Positions 23,847 to 33,110 of a stretch of 52,652 nucleotides of DNA are shown here, piece after piece (positions within the stretch are counted from its first letter, which is position 1; every line of letters begins with the position of its first letter). This stretch comes from Deltaproteobacteria bacterium (GTDB lineage: Bacteria > Desulfobacterota > Desulfomonilia > UBA1062). The notes beneath the pieces are model-generated. The model saw nothing but the letters and a program-made list of their open reading frames with translations, was not told the origin of the DNA and searched no databases. The stretch covers positions 1-52,652 of the forward strand of contig DSAD01000216.1 in assembly GCA_011372875.1 (NCBI GenBank). The letters run 5' to 3'. The position numbers and the translations under genes are program-made.

Positions 23847-24878
23847 ATGCTTGCAGCAAGACTGACGGGTCCGAAACATCTGGAAATAGTTGAAACAGAT
23901 ACCCCCGATCCAGACGGGCACAATGTCATCATCAGGGTAAAGACCTGCGGCATCTGCGGATCGGATCTGCATTACTGGGAAACAGGGCTCGACATGACCG
24001 GGAAAACCGGACTCATAATGGGGCACGAGTTCTGCGGCACAGTTGTCGATCCGGGAAGCAGGAGCGACCTGAGGCCCGGAGACAGGGTAACTGCGCTTCC
24101 GCTCGATCCCTGCGGCACGTGCGGACCCTGCAGGCGGGGACAAGCAAATCTCTGCACAAAAGGGATGAAACGTTCGATCCCGGGCAACAACTCACCCGGA
24201 GCATTCGCCCAGTATCTGAAACTGAGGCATGACATGGTGAGGATACTTCCGGATACGATCTCCGAAAGCGAAGCTGCCATGATCGAGCCAGCCTCTGTTG
24301 CCCTGCATGCAGTTCACCAGGCAGGCCTCGGTATTGGAGATCGCGTTTTCATCACCGGAGGAGGCACGATCGGCCTGCTGTGCGCTGCATGGGCCCGTAC
24401 AGGCGGGGCTTCATACATTGCCCTGAGCGAGATCAACGAAGGCCGCCGGGAATTCGCCCGGGCGTTATCCTATGTGGATGCAGTCTTTGATGCAGCTGAT
24501 CCGGGGGTTGTCTCCACGATGAAAAAGGCCATAAAGGGCAGTTTTGACATCGCCATTGATACCTCTGGGCGCGATGCAGGCATCAATACGGCGATTTCAG
24601 CGCTCAAGTCACAAGGCAGGCTGGTTCTTGCCGGGATTAACTTTCATCCGCAGTCGATCTTTACCCTGATGCTGGTTATCAAGGAGATCGAGATGAAGGC
24701 CTCGCTCGGATATATCCCTGAAGAGTTCGATCTGGCATTGGAGAGTATTGCAGACAAGACCCTGCACGTCGGGAATCTCATCAATAAAACCATCCCGCTG
24801 AAGGACGTACAGAAATCCTTTGAGAACCTCGCATCCGGAGACACCTGCGATGTCAAGATTATCCTTGAGGTAACATAG
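23847..24878 (+). CDS. Zn-dependent medium-chain alcohol/polyol dehydrogenase
   Basis: Catalytic Zn motifs are GICGSDLHYW and GHEFCGTV. The structural Zn cluster is CGTCGPCRRGQANLC. The Rossmann motif is GGGTIGLL. Confidence 0.85.
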   Translation: MLAARLTGPKHLEIVETDTPDPDGHNVIIRVKTCGICGSDLHYWETGLDMTGKTGLIMGHEFCGTVVDPGSRSDLRPGDRVTALPLDPCGTCGPCRRGQANLCTKGMKRSIPGNNSPGAFAQYLKLRHDMVRILPDTISESEAAMIEPASVALHAVHQAGLGIGDRVFITGGGTIGLLCAAWARTGGASYIALSEINEGRREFARALSYVDAVFDAADPGVVSTMKKAIKGSFDIAIDTSGRDAGINTAISALKSQGRLVLAGINFHPQSIFTLMLVIKEIEMKASLGYIPEEFDLALESIADKTLHVGNLINKTIPLKDVQKSFENLASGDTCDVKIILEVT

Positions 24879-25325
24879 CAAAACCATCCCGTATATGATG
24901 ATGAACTATACGATGCACGCATGGTATTGAGGATCGGGCGATGAAAACCTTTGGGTGCCAAAGGGCAAATACGGCCTAGATGTATCCATATCGGAACTTG
25001 TCAATGAGAATGGAGGAACTTGGAGGACGTTTCTATTTTATGAGTAACAGGCCGAGCATCTTTGTTGAGGCGGTAAGATTTTATTGCTTCAGACAAACAT
25101 TTAAGGGGTAGTATAGCTGTTTTGATATTCACATAATAGCTGGTGTTGGTGAAGGAAGCCCCCGGCCACGAACTAATACTCGGCGAAACCACAAAACGTC
25201 AGATGGAACTCTACCCCAGATTGGGCGTTACCCCGCCAACTGTATATGAAGCGCTTGCTTCCGGTCTGCCCTGATCGATGGAGGCGGGACGTCCCTTGAT
25301 TATTCCATAAAGCCCAAAATAACGG

Positions 25326-26306
25326 CTAATCGTTCAGGCTGAGCAGATCGGGTGTCATTGGCCTGAAAGCGATGCCGATTTCACGGGATACCTTCAGGTC
25401 CACGACGTAATTATTGTTGTTCAGTGCGGTTATCGGGCGCTCCTGGGGCTGTATGTTCTCGACCAGGATGTCTTTTACGCATGCTGCTGTAAGATCGCCT
25501 ATCGCCTGAAAGTCCGGAGACAGATATAGGAAAGGTCCGTCGGTGACGCTCACGAGCGATGATATGCACGGCAGTGAATTTTTGCGTGAAACCGTCATAA
25601 GCTCTTTGCTCGCCTTCCATCCTTTGAGTTCATAGTATCCGTCGGCAGGGACTACGAACGCGTCGATCTGCTGGGCGATGAGTTCATTAGCTGCCGGGAG
25701 TATGCTCTCACCCATGCCCACCTCTCGTGATATGATTTTCAGCCCGAGCCTCTGTGAATACACCTTCATGTCGTGGACAAAGGCCACGGCATCATTGTCA
25801 TTACTGTGTATTATACCCAAGGTCCTGATGTTCGGCAGGGCAAGAAGCGATGCATTGATAACGTCGACTGCTGTCGTGTTGATGGCGACACCGGACGTTT
25901 TCTGTTTAAGGTATGTGACAGAATCAATGGCCGAGGTATATACGAGCGGAATCCCTGCTGAGACGATCTCTTTCTGAAAATATTTGGTCGCGGATGTGCC
26001 GATCGTAACTACCATGTCCGGATTGCGTCTTATAACCTGTGAACCGATATTTCTGGTTGAAAGGTAGCAAAGCAGTTTTCCCCAGAGAGAATCAGCGGGG
26101 GAGGTGTCGATAACGGTCCTGGTTACCGAAAGATTGTATCCTTTAACCAGGCCCTGCCTGGCAAGGCCGTCGAGCAGCCCGTCATAGGCGCGGTCAAAGG
26201 TCTCGTTATCACCGAGCTGGAGTACTTCGATATCATAATGAGATTGAGCCATTATGGGCTGAACTCCAAGGAATAGCAGAAACAGGAAAATTGACAGTCT
26301 TTTCAT
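25326..26306 (-). CDS. Periplasmic substrate-binding protein (ABC_sub_bind-like), orphan
   Basis: It has a signal peptide, MKRLSIFLFLLFLGVQPIMA, and a two-lobe binding-protein pattern resembling the PF04392 family. No permease or ATPase gene is adjacent. An AAGGGGGA SD is present. Confidence 0.6.
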   Translation of the reverse strand: MKRLSIFLFLLFLGVQPIMAQSHYDIEVLQLGDNETFDRAYDGLLDGLARQGLVKGYNLSVTRTVIDTSPADSLWGKLLCYLSTRNIGSQVIRRNPDMVVTIGTSATKYFQKEIVSAGIPLVYTSAIDSVTYLKQKTSGVAINTTAVDVINASLLALPNIRTLGIIHSNDNDAVAFVHDMKVYSQRLGLKIISREVGMGESILPAANELIAQQIDAFVVPADGYYELKGWKASKELMTVSRKNSLPCISSLVSVTDGPFLYLSPDFQAIGDLTAACVKDILVENIQPQERPITALNNNNYVVDLKVSREIGIAFRPMTPDLLSLND

Positions 26307-26458
26307 TATTGTCCCCCTTTACTGATATATCATGCGATGGTTGTCCTATCGGAAAAGGGAGATATTATATTAAATCTTTGTTTGAAGAAAACCTCACATA
26401 TCCCATGGATAGTAAAGGTTCAGGGTTTGAGAATGGGTGATCCGGCATTTCGGATCTT

Positions 26459-26662
26459 TCAGGGAACCTTCTTGCCTGCAGCTGGGCTACCGGTAAATGT
26501 TGCGATACTCAAGTTGTCATCATCACCGCCTGCCAGGATCATGCCTTCGGATGTGCCGAATTTCATCTGCCTCGGCTTCAGGTTTGCCACGACAATGCCC
26601 CTTTGATCAATAAGGGTCTCAGGATTGGGATAGGCCTTTTGGGTGCCGGGAATCTTCTTATT
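26459..26662 (-). pseudogene. Remnant of a tRNA-binding (Trbp111/CsaA/MetRS C-terminal type) domain gene
   Basis: A stop-to-stop frame encodes [67 protein letters not shown]. This matches the C-terminal half of the OB-fold tRNA-binding domain ([15 protein letters not shown]). The N-terminal half is missing. The only start-type codons are the ATGs within the domain string itself (QMKFG, EGMIL), both of which would give a further-truncated product. The frame overlaps the glnS stop codon. Confidence 0.5.
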
Positions 26663-28415
26663 TTACAATCTTTTCCCGTGCTTCGGATGATCTTTCTATC
26701 TTCGCCCATGAATCGCGCAGGGTAACTGTCCGGTTGAACACAAGATGTTCTCCTGATGAGTCCTTTGAGTCCACACAGAAGTAGCCGAGCCTTTCAAACT
26801 GGAAACTTTCACCAGATGCGGCGTTTTTAAGGGATGGCTCTATGCGGCATGAGCTCACAATATCCATGGATTCCGGATTGAGGTATGTCTTGAAGTCGCG
26901 TTCTTCTTTCTCCCCGCAAGGGTTTTCCACGGTAAAGAGCCTGTCATAAAGACGAACCTCTGCCTCGATCGAGTGGGGTGCGCTCACCCAGTGAATGGTG
27001 CCTTTTACCTTGCGTCCGTCAGGGGAATCGCCGCCTCGTGTGTCAGGGTCGTACGTGCAGTGCAGCTCGAGGATTTCACCGGTATTCTCATCCTTTAAGA
27101 CCCTGTCGCACGTAATGAAATAGGCACCTCTGAGCCGGACTTCCACTCCCGGAGAGAGACGGAAAAACTTTTTCGGCGGATCTTCCATGAAATCTTCTTG
27201 TTCAATGTAGAGTGTCCGGCTGAAAGGCACTGGTCGGGATCCCATTAAAGGATTGCCCGGATGATTCCGGATCACGAATTCTTCTGTCTTTTCGGCTGGA
27301 TAATTGTCTATTACCACCTTGAGCGGGTTAAGTACTGCCATTCTCCGCTGCGCCTTCATATTGAGGTCTTCCCGGATGCAGTGCTCCAGGAGCGCGATAT
27401 CCACCATGCTGTCGTTTTTTGCCACACCGATACGATCGCAGAAGTCCCTTATGGCTTCCGGCGTGTATCCTCGTCTTCTCAAGCCCGATATGGTAGGCAT
27501 CCGCGGATCGTCCCATGAACTCACGAAACCTTCCTCGACGAGATCCAGGAGCTTGCGTTTGCTCATGACCGTATAGGTCAGGTTGAGCCGGGCAAACTCG
27601 ATCTGCCGGGAGCGGAAGATGTCCAGTTCGTTGAGTGACCAGTCATACAGGGGTCTGTGGTCTTCAAATTCAAGGGTGCAGATGGAGTGCGTGATACCTT
27701 CAAGGGAATCAGATACCGGGTGGGTGAAATCGTACATGGGATAGATGCACCACTGATTTCCGGTCCTGTGGTGCGTGGCCCTCAATATCCGGTACAGGAC
27801 GGGGTCCCGCATGTTGATGTTCGGTGACTTCATGTCGATCCTTGCCCGAAGCACTCGTGATCCGTCCGGGAACTCACCTGCTCTCATACGGGTAAACAGG
27901 TCGATGTTTTCCTCGACAGACCTGTTTCGGTACGGACTGTCCTTGCCCGGCTCGGTCAGCGTCCCCCGATACTGCCGGATCTCTTCCGGGCTGAGATCGC
28001 AGACATAGGCCCTTGATTTTTTTATGAGATGTACGGCGAAGTCGTAAAGCTTCTCGAAGTAGTCGGAGGCATAGAAGAGCCTGTCTCCCCAGTCAAAGCC
28101 CAGCCACCTCACATCTTCCAGGATGGAATCGATATATTCCTGGTCTTCCTTGCTCGGGTTTGTGTCGTCGAATCTCAGGTTGCACAGCCCGCCTTCATTT
28201 TCTTCGGCAATACCGAAGTTCAGGCATATGGATTTTGCATGGCCGATATGAAGGTATCCGTTCGGCTCGGGAGGAAACCGGGTGTGCACCCTGGCTCCAT
28301 GTTTGTTGTTTGTCTTGTCCTGTGCAATGATGGCCCGGATGAAATCAAGAGACAGGGATGAACTTTTCTCCCCGGTCGTCTTCTTGGGTGATATGGTTTT
28401 TTCATGTTCTTTCAT
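26658..28415 (-). CDS. glnS: Glutaminyl-tRNA synthetase
   Basis: [18 protein letters not shown] carries the HIGH motif and VMSKR carries the KMSKS motif. I prefer the start at MKEHEK (ATG at 28415, GAGGT 7 nt upstream). The ORF-track start at 28631 runs through the atpE terminator hairpin. Confidence 0.9.
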   Translation of the reverse strand: MKEHEKTISPKKTTGEKSSSLSLDFIRAIIAQDKTNNKHGARVHTRFPPEPNGYLHIGHAKSICLNFGIAEENEGGLCNLRFDDTNPSKEDQEYIDSILEDVRWLGFDWGDRLFYASDYFEKLYDFAVHLIKKSRAYVCDLSPEEIRQYRGTLTEPGKDSPYRNRSVEENIDLFTRMRAGEFPDGSRVLRARIDMKSPNINMRDPVLYRILRATHHRTGNQWCIYPMYDFTHPVSDSLEGITHSICTLEFEDHRPLYDWSLNELDIFRSRQIEFARLNLTYTVMSKRKLLDLVEEGFVSSWDDPRMPTISGLRRRGYTPEAIRDFCDRIGVAKNDSMVDIALLEHCIREDLNMKAQRRMAVLNPLKVVIDNYPAEKTEEFVIRNHPGNPLMGSRPVPFSRTLYIEQEDFMEDPPKKFFRLSPGVEVRLRGAYFITCDRVLKDENTGEILELHCTYDPDTRGGDSPDGRKVKGTIHWVSAPHSIEAEVRLYDRLFTVENPCGEKEERDFKTYLNPESMDIVSSCRIEPSLKNAASGESFQFERLGYFCVDSKDSSGEHLVFNRTVTLRDSWAKIERSSEAREKIVK

Positions 28416-28618
28416 GCCTGATACCTCGGTTATACAGTCTTTGCTGTATGGTGTAGTATGCAAGCTATATAGCACAGGCGGTTGCAATTTGAAATCATGT
28501 AAGCATAAGGCCGTGTTCCTGTAGCAGTAGCCGTTATGGCTGAGGATGAGAAGTCCTGCAGAGCCAATCTTTGATTTGCAGCGGGTCGTATCGAAGAGAA
28601 TGCTTTGTGTCAGGATAG

Positions 28619-28657
28619 TTAAAGGGGGCATCCTTTATTCAAGGATGCCCCCTTTAA
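28619..28657 (-). terminator. Intrinsic terminator downstream of atpE
   Basis: A perfect 17-bp stem, ttaaagggggcatcctt / aaggatgccccctttaa, encloses a 5-nt loop. The GC-rich core is flanked by an A-tract and a T-tract, so it could act in both directions. It lies 15 nt after the atpE stop. Confidence 0.65.
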
Positions 28658-28671
28658 CTGTTTTATTCTGG

Positions 28672-29025
28672 TTAACCCACTATATAGGAAAGGAACGGGT
28701 TAGCAAAAAGCAGGATGAGCGCAATTACCAGGGTATATATTGCAAGGGATTCTATCATGGCCAGGCCGATGACGAGGGCTGTTATTATTTTCCCGGATGA
28801 CTCCGGATTTCTTGCGATACCCTCACATGCACCTCTTACACCGGTACCTTGACCAAGGCCGGTACCGAAAGCAGCTATCCCCATGCCAATGCCGGATGCA
28901 ACCGCTACCCAGCTGAAGTACTGTATGGCAGCGGGGCTTGCTGTGCCATCAGCTGCAAAGGCTACAGATGCGCCTATAAGAATGAAGCATGTTGCAAAAC
29001 CCAACGAACCGAAAATACTCTTCAT
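28672..29025 (-). CDS. atpE: F-type ATP synthase subunit c with an N-terminal extension
   Basis: [20 protein letters not shown]...[25 protein letters not shown] is a canonical c-subunit hairpin with the carboxylate Glu in IESL. It is preceded by about 25 residues that look like a signal peptide ([24 protein letters not shown]). Confidence 0.9.
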   Translation of the reverse strand: MKSIFGSLGFATCFILIGASVAFAADGTASPAAIQYFSWVAVASGIGMGIAAFGTGLGQGTGVRGACEGIARNPESSGKIITALVIGLAMIESLAIYTLVIALILLFANPFLSYIVG

Positions 29026-29172
29026 GAAATCCTCCTTAGATTTTTAATTGTCTGTATTCTAACGAATAAACAAACAAACTCCGCTTTTTTCAACGCCTTT
29101 CATTAACACCAAAAAACCAGCCATGAGCGAGAATAACACATGACCGGTTGTCATATCAATGGATAGTATTGC

Positions 29173-29880
29173 CTAATGGGCTTCCTCCATCGCACCGCTG
29201 ATATACATCATTGCAAGCAGGGTGAAGACAAAGGCCTGTAGAATCGAGGTGAATATCATGAGAACGAGCATCGGGATAGGCATCAGAAACGGTACAAGGA
29301 AGAGCAGTACGATGAGTACGAGATCTTCACCGAATATGTTTCCGAACAGTCGCATGGTCAGGGACAGCGGTCTTGCCAGATGTCCGATGATCTCCACAGG
29401 AATCATGAGCGGTGCCATCCACCATACCGGGCCCATGAACTGCTTGAAGTATTTAATGCCATGGATCCTCACGCCCACGATATGGGTCAGCAGAAACACC
29501 ACGAGGGCCATGGACAGGTTTGTGTTGAGGTTTGCCGTGGGAGAATAGAAGCCAGGGATAACGCCTCCCAGATTGCACACCAGAATAAACAGGGCAATCG
29601 TTGACATGAGCGGGAAGAACCTCATCCCGGTTTCTCCCATGGTATCAACCAGGAGATTCTTCAATCCGCCGATGACAACCTCGAGGAAATTCTGGAGCCT
29701 GCCTGGAACGAGTTTCAGACTTTTTGCCACCAGCATTGAGACGAGGATGAGCATAAGCATGTAAAACCATGTATAGGTAACCTGCTGCATATGGTTTCCA
29801 TCGACGAGATGAAAGTTCTCATGAAGAAATTGGTAAAGGGGTACTGTGATAAAATCCAGAGCCAGAAAACCGTGATCCAT
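29173..29880 (-). CDS. atpB: F-type ATP synthase subunit a
   Basis: The conserved Arg is in [14 protein letters not shown], and the protein is polytopic. I prefer the start at MDHGF (ATG at 29880, AGGAGG 9 nt upstream). The ORF-track start at 30129 overlaps atpI. Confidence 0.9.
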   Translation of the reverse strand: MDHGFLALDFITVPLYQFLHENFHLVDGNHMQQVTYTWFYMLMLILVSMLVAKSLKLVPGRLQNFLEVVIGGLKNLLVDTMGETGMRFFPLMSTIALFILVCNLGGVIPGFYSPTANLNTNLSMALVVFLLTHIVGVRIHGIKYFKQFMGPVWWMAPLMIPVEIIGHLARPLSLTMRLFGNIFGEDLVLIVLLFLVPFLMPIPMLVLMIFTSILQAFVFTLLAMMYISGAMEEAH

Positions 29881-29882
29881 AA

Positions 29883-30266
29883 TCAGTCTCCTCCTGCGAA
29901 TATATATATGAAGCATGCGTAGCTTATTATCCCAAGCATGATAACCGAAAGCCCGAGCAATAATCCGAGAATATCCACCTTCATATAAACTATGAGAGCG
30001 AATATGGTTGCCCCTGTTATCGCCAGCCTGAGTATATAGCGTTTTGCCATGAATGATTTGCTCTGTTTGGCTGTAAGAGAGATTGCCGATCTGGCGTGAC
30101 TGTAGAGCCACTGGTAGTTGAGCATGCACACGAGTCCGCCGAGCAGGACACCCAAGGCAAAGTTCCGATCAAAAAGCAGGTAGCCCAGTACGCATAATGT
30201 CGACCATATTATCAGCGATATGATTTCTATGCGTTTTTGTATTGGATCTTTACTTGTCGGATCCAT
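29883..30266 (-). CDS. atpI: ATP synthase protein I-like small membrane protein
   Basis: A 127-aa protein with four hydrophobic segments, positioned directly upstream of atpB as atpI is in other atp operons. The call rests on position and topology. Confidence 0.6.
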   Translation of the reverse strand: MDPTSKDPIQKRIEIISLIIWSTLCVLGYLLFDRNFALGVLLGGLVCMLNYQWLYSHARSAISLTAKQSKSFMAKRYILRLAITGATIFALIVYMKVDILGLLLGLSVIMLGIISYACFIYIFAGGD

Positions 30267-30495
30267 CGGATTTTCCTTCGCTGAAGAATCTCATGTAGTT
30301 CTTGTACATAATCCTGAATCCCGCGAGTATCCCGCCAAAGATGAACAGGAGTGTGAATATCGGCTCTGTATCGAGCTTGGTGTCAAGATACAGCCCGGCA
30401 ACAAGGCCAAGTACAATGGCAATCACCATGGCAAAGCCTATGGTGCTCAGGTCCGCTACCGTTAGATACATATTTTTCTTATCTTTGTCGTTCAT
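30250..30495 (-). CDS. atpZ: AtpZ-like (ATPase_gene1 family) small membrane protein
   Basis: An 81-aa protein with two TM segments (LSTIGFAMVIAIVLGLVAGLYL and IFTLLFIFGGILAGF). It is the first gene of the atp membrane-sector operon. Confidence 0.6.
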   Translation of the reverse strand: MNDKDKKNMYLTVADLSTIGFAMVIAIVLGLVAGLYLDTKLDTEPIFTLLFIFGGILAGFRIMYKNYMRFFSEGKSDGSDK

Positions 30496-30761
30496 GCAAT
30501 CCTTTCAGTGCTTATACAGAATATGCATCAGCATATTACTGAATTGTCATTCATAATGCAAGTGTGTTTTTTATAGGAGACTTTGCGCAGGTAGTTGAGG
30601 CTGTAATGTATAAAGAGCTGAAATGACATGATAAACCATGCTGCAATCCACAATGAAACAAGGATCTTTATCATGTGAGCTTAAGGCCATGAGAAGCCTG
30701 TAACATCCTGGAGGAATAATATCGATTATGGACAAGCTCTTGGATTTATTGTACATGGTGG

Positions 30762-31550
30762 GTGATTATGAGAAGAACCGTTATAGTTCCAGGCATTTTA
30801 ATTATAAGCGTTATTCTCACCATATTGCCGGGTTTGATCCCTCAAACAACAGACCCGCGCTATCAATTTGAATCTTTCGTGAAATATACCTATACCCCCT
30901 CAATACCCGATGAATTCCTTGATATATATGATGCCGGGGCAAGAAAACAATATTTGTTGACCATTCTCCTTCCAATGGTCTTAAAGACAAATGCCGAGGT
31001 CGAGTCTGAGCGCAGATCAATTGAGCGGATAAAGAGTACCTGGTTGTGGTTATCGAGACGAGAAGAACTCTTTTTAGAGCAGCTTGCCGGAAAATATAAG
31101 GTGGAGACCGGGGATTATGATGCCATGATAGAAGATCTGCTGGTGAAGGTAGATGTGCTTCCTCCATCGCTCATTCTTGCACAGGCAGCCATTGAATCCG
31201 GATGGGGTACATCAAGATTTGCCGTAGACGGGAACAATCTGTTTGGATTGCGCACGCCTTCCGGAGAAGGAATGGTGCCGAGGCAGCAGGGTGAGGGGAT
31301 GGTCTTCAGGGTCTCGCGGTTTGAGGATCTTCAGTCAAACATCGACTACTATTTATGGAATATCAATACCCACCATAAATATGAAGAACTCCGGGGTATA
31401 AGATCCGGCAGTGCTTACCCTTACGACCCCGTAGAGCTTGCCGGCGGGTTGAGACACTATTCGGAAATGGGTGATGAATATGTTGAAAAGCTTGTCCGTA
31501 TCATCGAGTATAACAACCTTAAGGACTATGACGGCTATGGTCTCGAATAA
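30762..31550 (+). CDS. Bax-like N-acetylglucosaminidase-domain protein
   Basis: An N-terminal TM anchor is followed by the glucosaminidase motif LAQAAIESGWGTSRFAVDGNNLFGLR. Confidence 0.7.
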   Translation: MIMRRTVIVPGILIISVILTILPGLIPQTTDPRYQFESFVKYTYTPSIPDEFLDIYDAGARKQYLLTILLPMVLKTNAEVESERRSIERIKSTWLWLSRREELFLEQLAGKYKVETGDYDAMIEDLLVKVDVLPPSLILAQAAIESGWGTSRFAVDGNNLFGLRTPSGEGMVPRQQGEGMVFRVSRFEDLQSNIDYYLWNINTHHKYEELRGIRSGSAYPYDPVELAGGLRHYSEMGDEYVEKLVRIIEYNNLKDYDGYGLE

Positions 31551-32574
31551 GGTGTCCGTGATAAAGGCACTCTCAAGGATTACTTGCCTGGCAGCTGTTT
31601 TTATTGCACTCGGCGTGGTGGCACACGCATATGTGACGGTGTTGCTGTATCACAAGTTTGATGAGGCCGATTCACCCTCGACTTCGGTCCCGACTGTGAT
31701 GTTCAGGCAGCAGATGGATTATCTCAAGGAGAAGGGCTACAAGGTGATATCCATGGACGATCTTTTCGAGTGCATCTCAGGGGCGAAACCAATGCCCGAG
31801 AAGGCGGTGGTCATAACAATAGATGACGGATATCTTTCCGAATATACCCATGCGGTCCCTGTCCTGAAAGAGCATGGGTTTCCCTTCTGCATCTTCGTCT
31901 TCACCCGCGCTGTGGGTTCCCGGAATTTCATGAACTGGGATCAGCTCAAGGATGTGTTATCTTCGGGAGGCGATGTGGGCAGCCATTCGCATACCCATCC
32001 CAGGCTCACAGAAGTCCCTTCTGATGAGATGGAGAAGGAGTACCGGGTTTCAAGGAAGATCCTGGAAGAAAAGTTGGGTATCGAGGCAAAGTGGTTTGCC
32101 TATCCCTTCGGCGAATACGATGATACGATACGGGCCATCGGTATAAAGACAGGTTACAAGCTCCTGCTGACCTCGGATCCCGGCAGCGCAGGGCCACAGA
32201 CGCAGCCGGACCTTGTTCCCCGCCAGGCGATCGTCGGGCAGAACATGACTATGCGGCGGTTCAGGGAGAAACTTGAGCAGCCGCCCCTTGCCGTTATCGA
32301 AAGATCTCCCAAGTCCGGCAGGCTGAAAGGAAATAAGCTCAAAGGGGTTTCCATAACTATTGCAGAGCCCCAAAACTATCATCCGGGGCAGGTGCAGGTG
32401 TTTCTCTCGGAAAAGGGCAGGCTTGATACGGTCTTTGATCCTGCTACGGGCTTGATTGTATGCACACAGCCCATTGAGCTTGCCAGAAAAACAAACAGGA
32501 TCATCACAACAGCCAGGCGGAAACAGGACGGCCTTTTTGCCATGGATTCCTATATGATCGTATTGTCCGAGTAG
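31537..32574 (+). CDS. Polysaccharide deacetylase (NodB homology) with a C-terminal domain of unknown type
   Basis: Motifs are ITIDDGY and HSHTHPRL. The signal anchor is ITCLAAVFIALGVVAHA. The start is uncertain: ATG at 31537 is preferred, with 31528 and 31471 also in frame. Confidence 0.75.
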   Translation: MVSNKVSVIKALSRITCLAAVFIALGVVAHAYVTVLLYHKFDEADSPSTSVPTVMFRQQMDYLKEKGYKVISMDDLFECISGAKPMPEKAVVITIDDGYLSEYTHAVPVLKEHGFPFCIFVFTRAVGSRNFMNWDQLKDVLSSGGDVGSHSHTHPRLTEVPSDEMEKEYRVSRKILEEKLGIEAKWFAYPFGEYDDTIRAIGIKTGYKLLLTSDPGSAGPQTQPDLVPRQAIVGQNMTMRRFREKLEQPPLAVIERSPKSGRLKGNKLKGVSITIAEPQNYHPGQVQVFLSEKGRLDTVFDPATGLIVCTQPIELARKTNRIITTARRKQDGLFAMDSYMIVLSE

Positions 32575-32631
32575 CCTTGTCCGAGAGTTTGGGCTTGAAC
32601 CTGGGCGTTAAATGTGACTAGATCTTGAATC

Positions 32632-33096
32632 ATGATACCTTTGGACAACAAGGACAAAGAGATTCTCACCCTGGCTCAGGGGGATCTGCCCGTCAAAGCC
32701 AGGCCGTTCGATGAATGGGCAAAGCAGCTGGGTATGGATGTCAATGACCTGCTCGAACGGCTGGAAAGGCTCAGGAGAGAGGGAATAATCAGGGACATAA
32801 AGGCCATACTGCGGCATCGGGACGTCGGATTTGCCTGCGGTGCAATGGTGGCATGGGCCGTGCCTGCAAAGCGGGTGGATTCTATCGGCAGCAGGATTGC
32901 AGAAAACGATTTTGTCACGCACTGCTATGAGCGGCCTGCATTCGGCCATTATAATGTATTTTCAATGATTCACGGACACAGCATCAAAGATGTGGAAGAT
33001 GTCGTTGCCGAAATATCTTCTTCGGTGGGCATTGAAGATTACCAGGTATTCTGGAGCGTGAAGGAATTGAAGAAGTCGTCCATGAAATATTTCTGA
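32632..33096 (+). CDS. AsnC/Lrp-like siroheme decarboxylase subunit (AhbA/AhbB, NirD/L/G/H-like)
   Basis: A 154-aa protein with an N-terminal HTH-like DKEILTLAQGDLPVKARPFDEWAKQLGMDVNDLLERLERLRREGIIR. The C-terminal half reads FVTHCYERP...YNVFSMIHG. It lies immediately upstream of hemL. Confidence 0.6.
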   Translation: MIPLDNKDKEILTLAQGDLPVKARPFDEWAKQLGMDVNDLLERLERLRREGIIRDIKAILRHRDVGFACGAMVAWAVPAKRVDSIGSRIAENDFVTHCYERPAFGHYNVFSMIHGHSIKDVEDVVAEISSSVGIEDYQVFWSVKELKKSSMKYF

Positions 33097-33110
33097 CAGG
33101 GGAATAATCA

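Noticed and set aside
25105-25217. tRNA-like or SRP-RNA-like appearance: ggggtag ... ctacccc termini and a gaaggaagc string.
   Set aside because: The termini are 113 nt apart. No D-arm, anticodon-arm or T-arm stems can be drawn. The sequence around gaaggaagc does not form the SRP domain IV hairpin, and the 5' half is AT-rich and unstructured.
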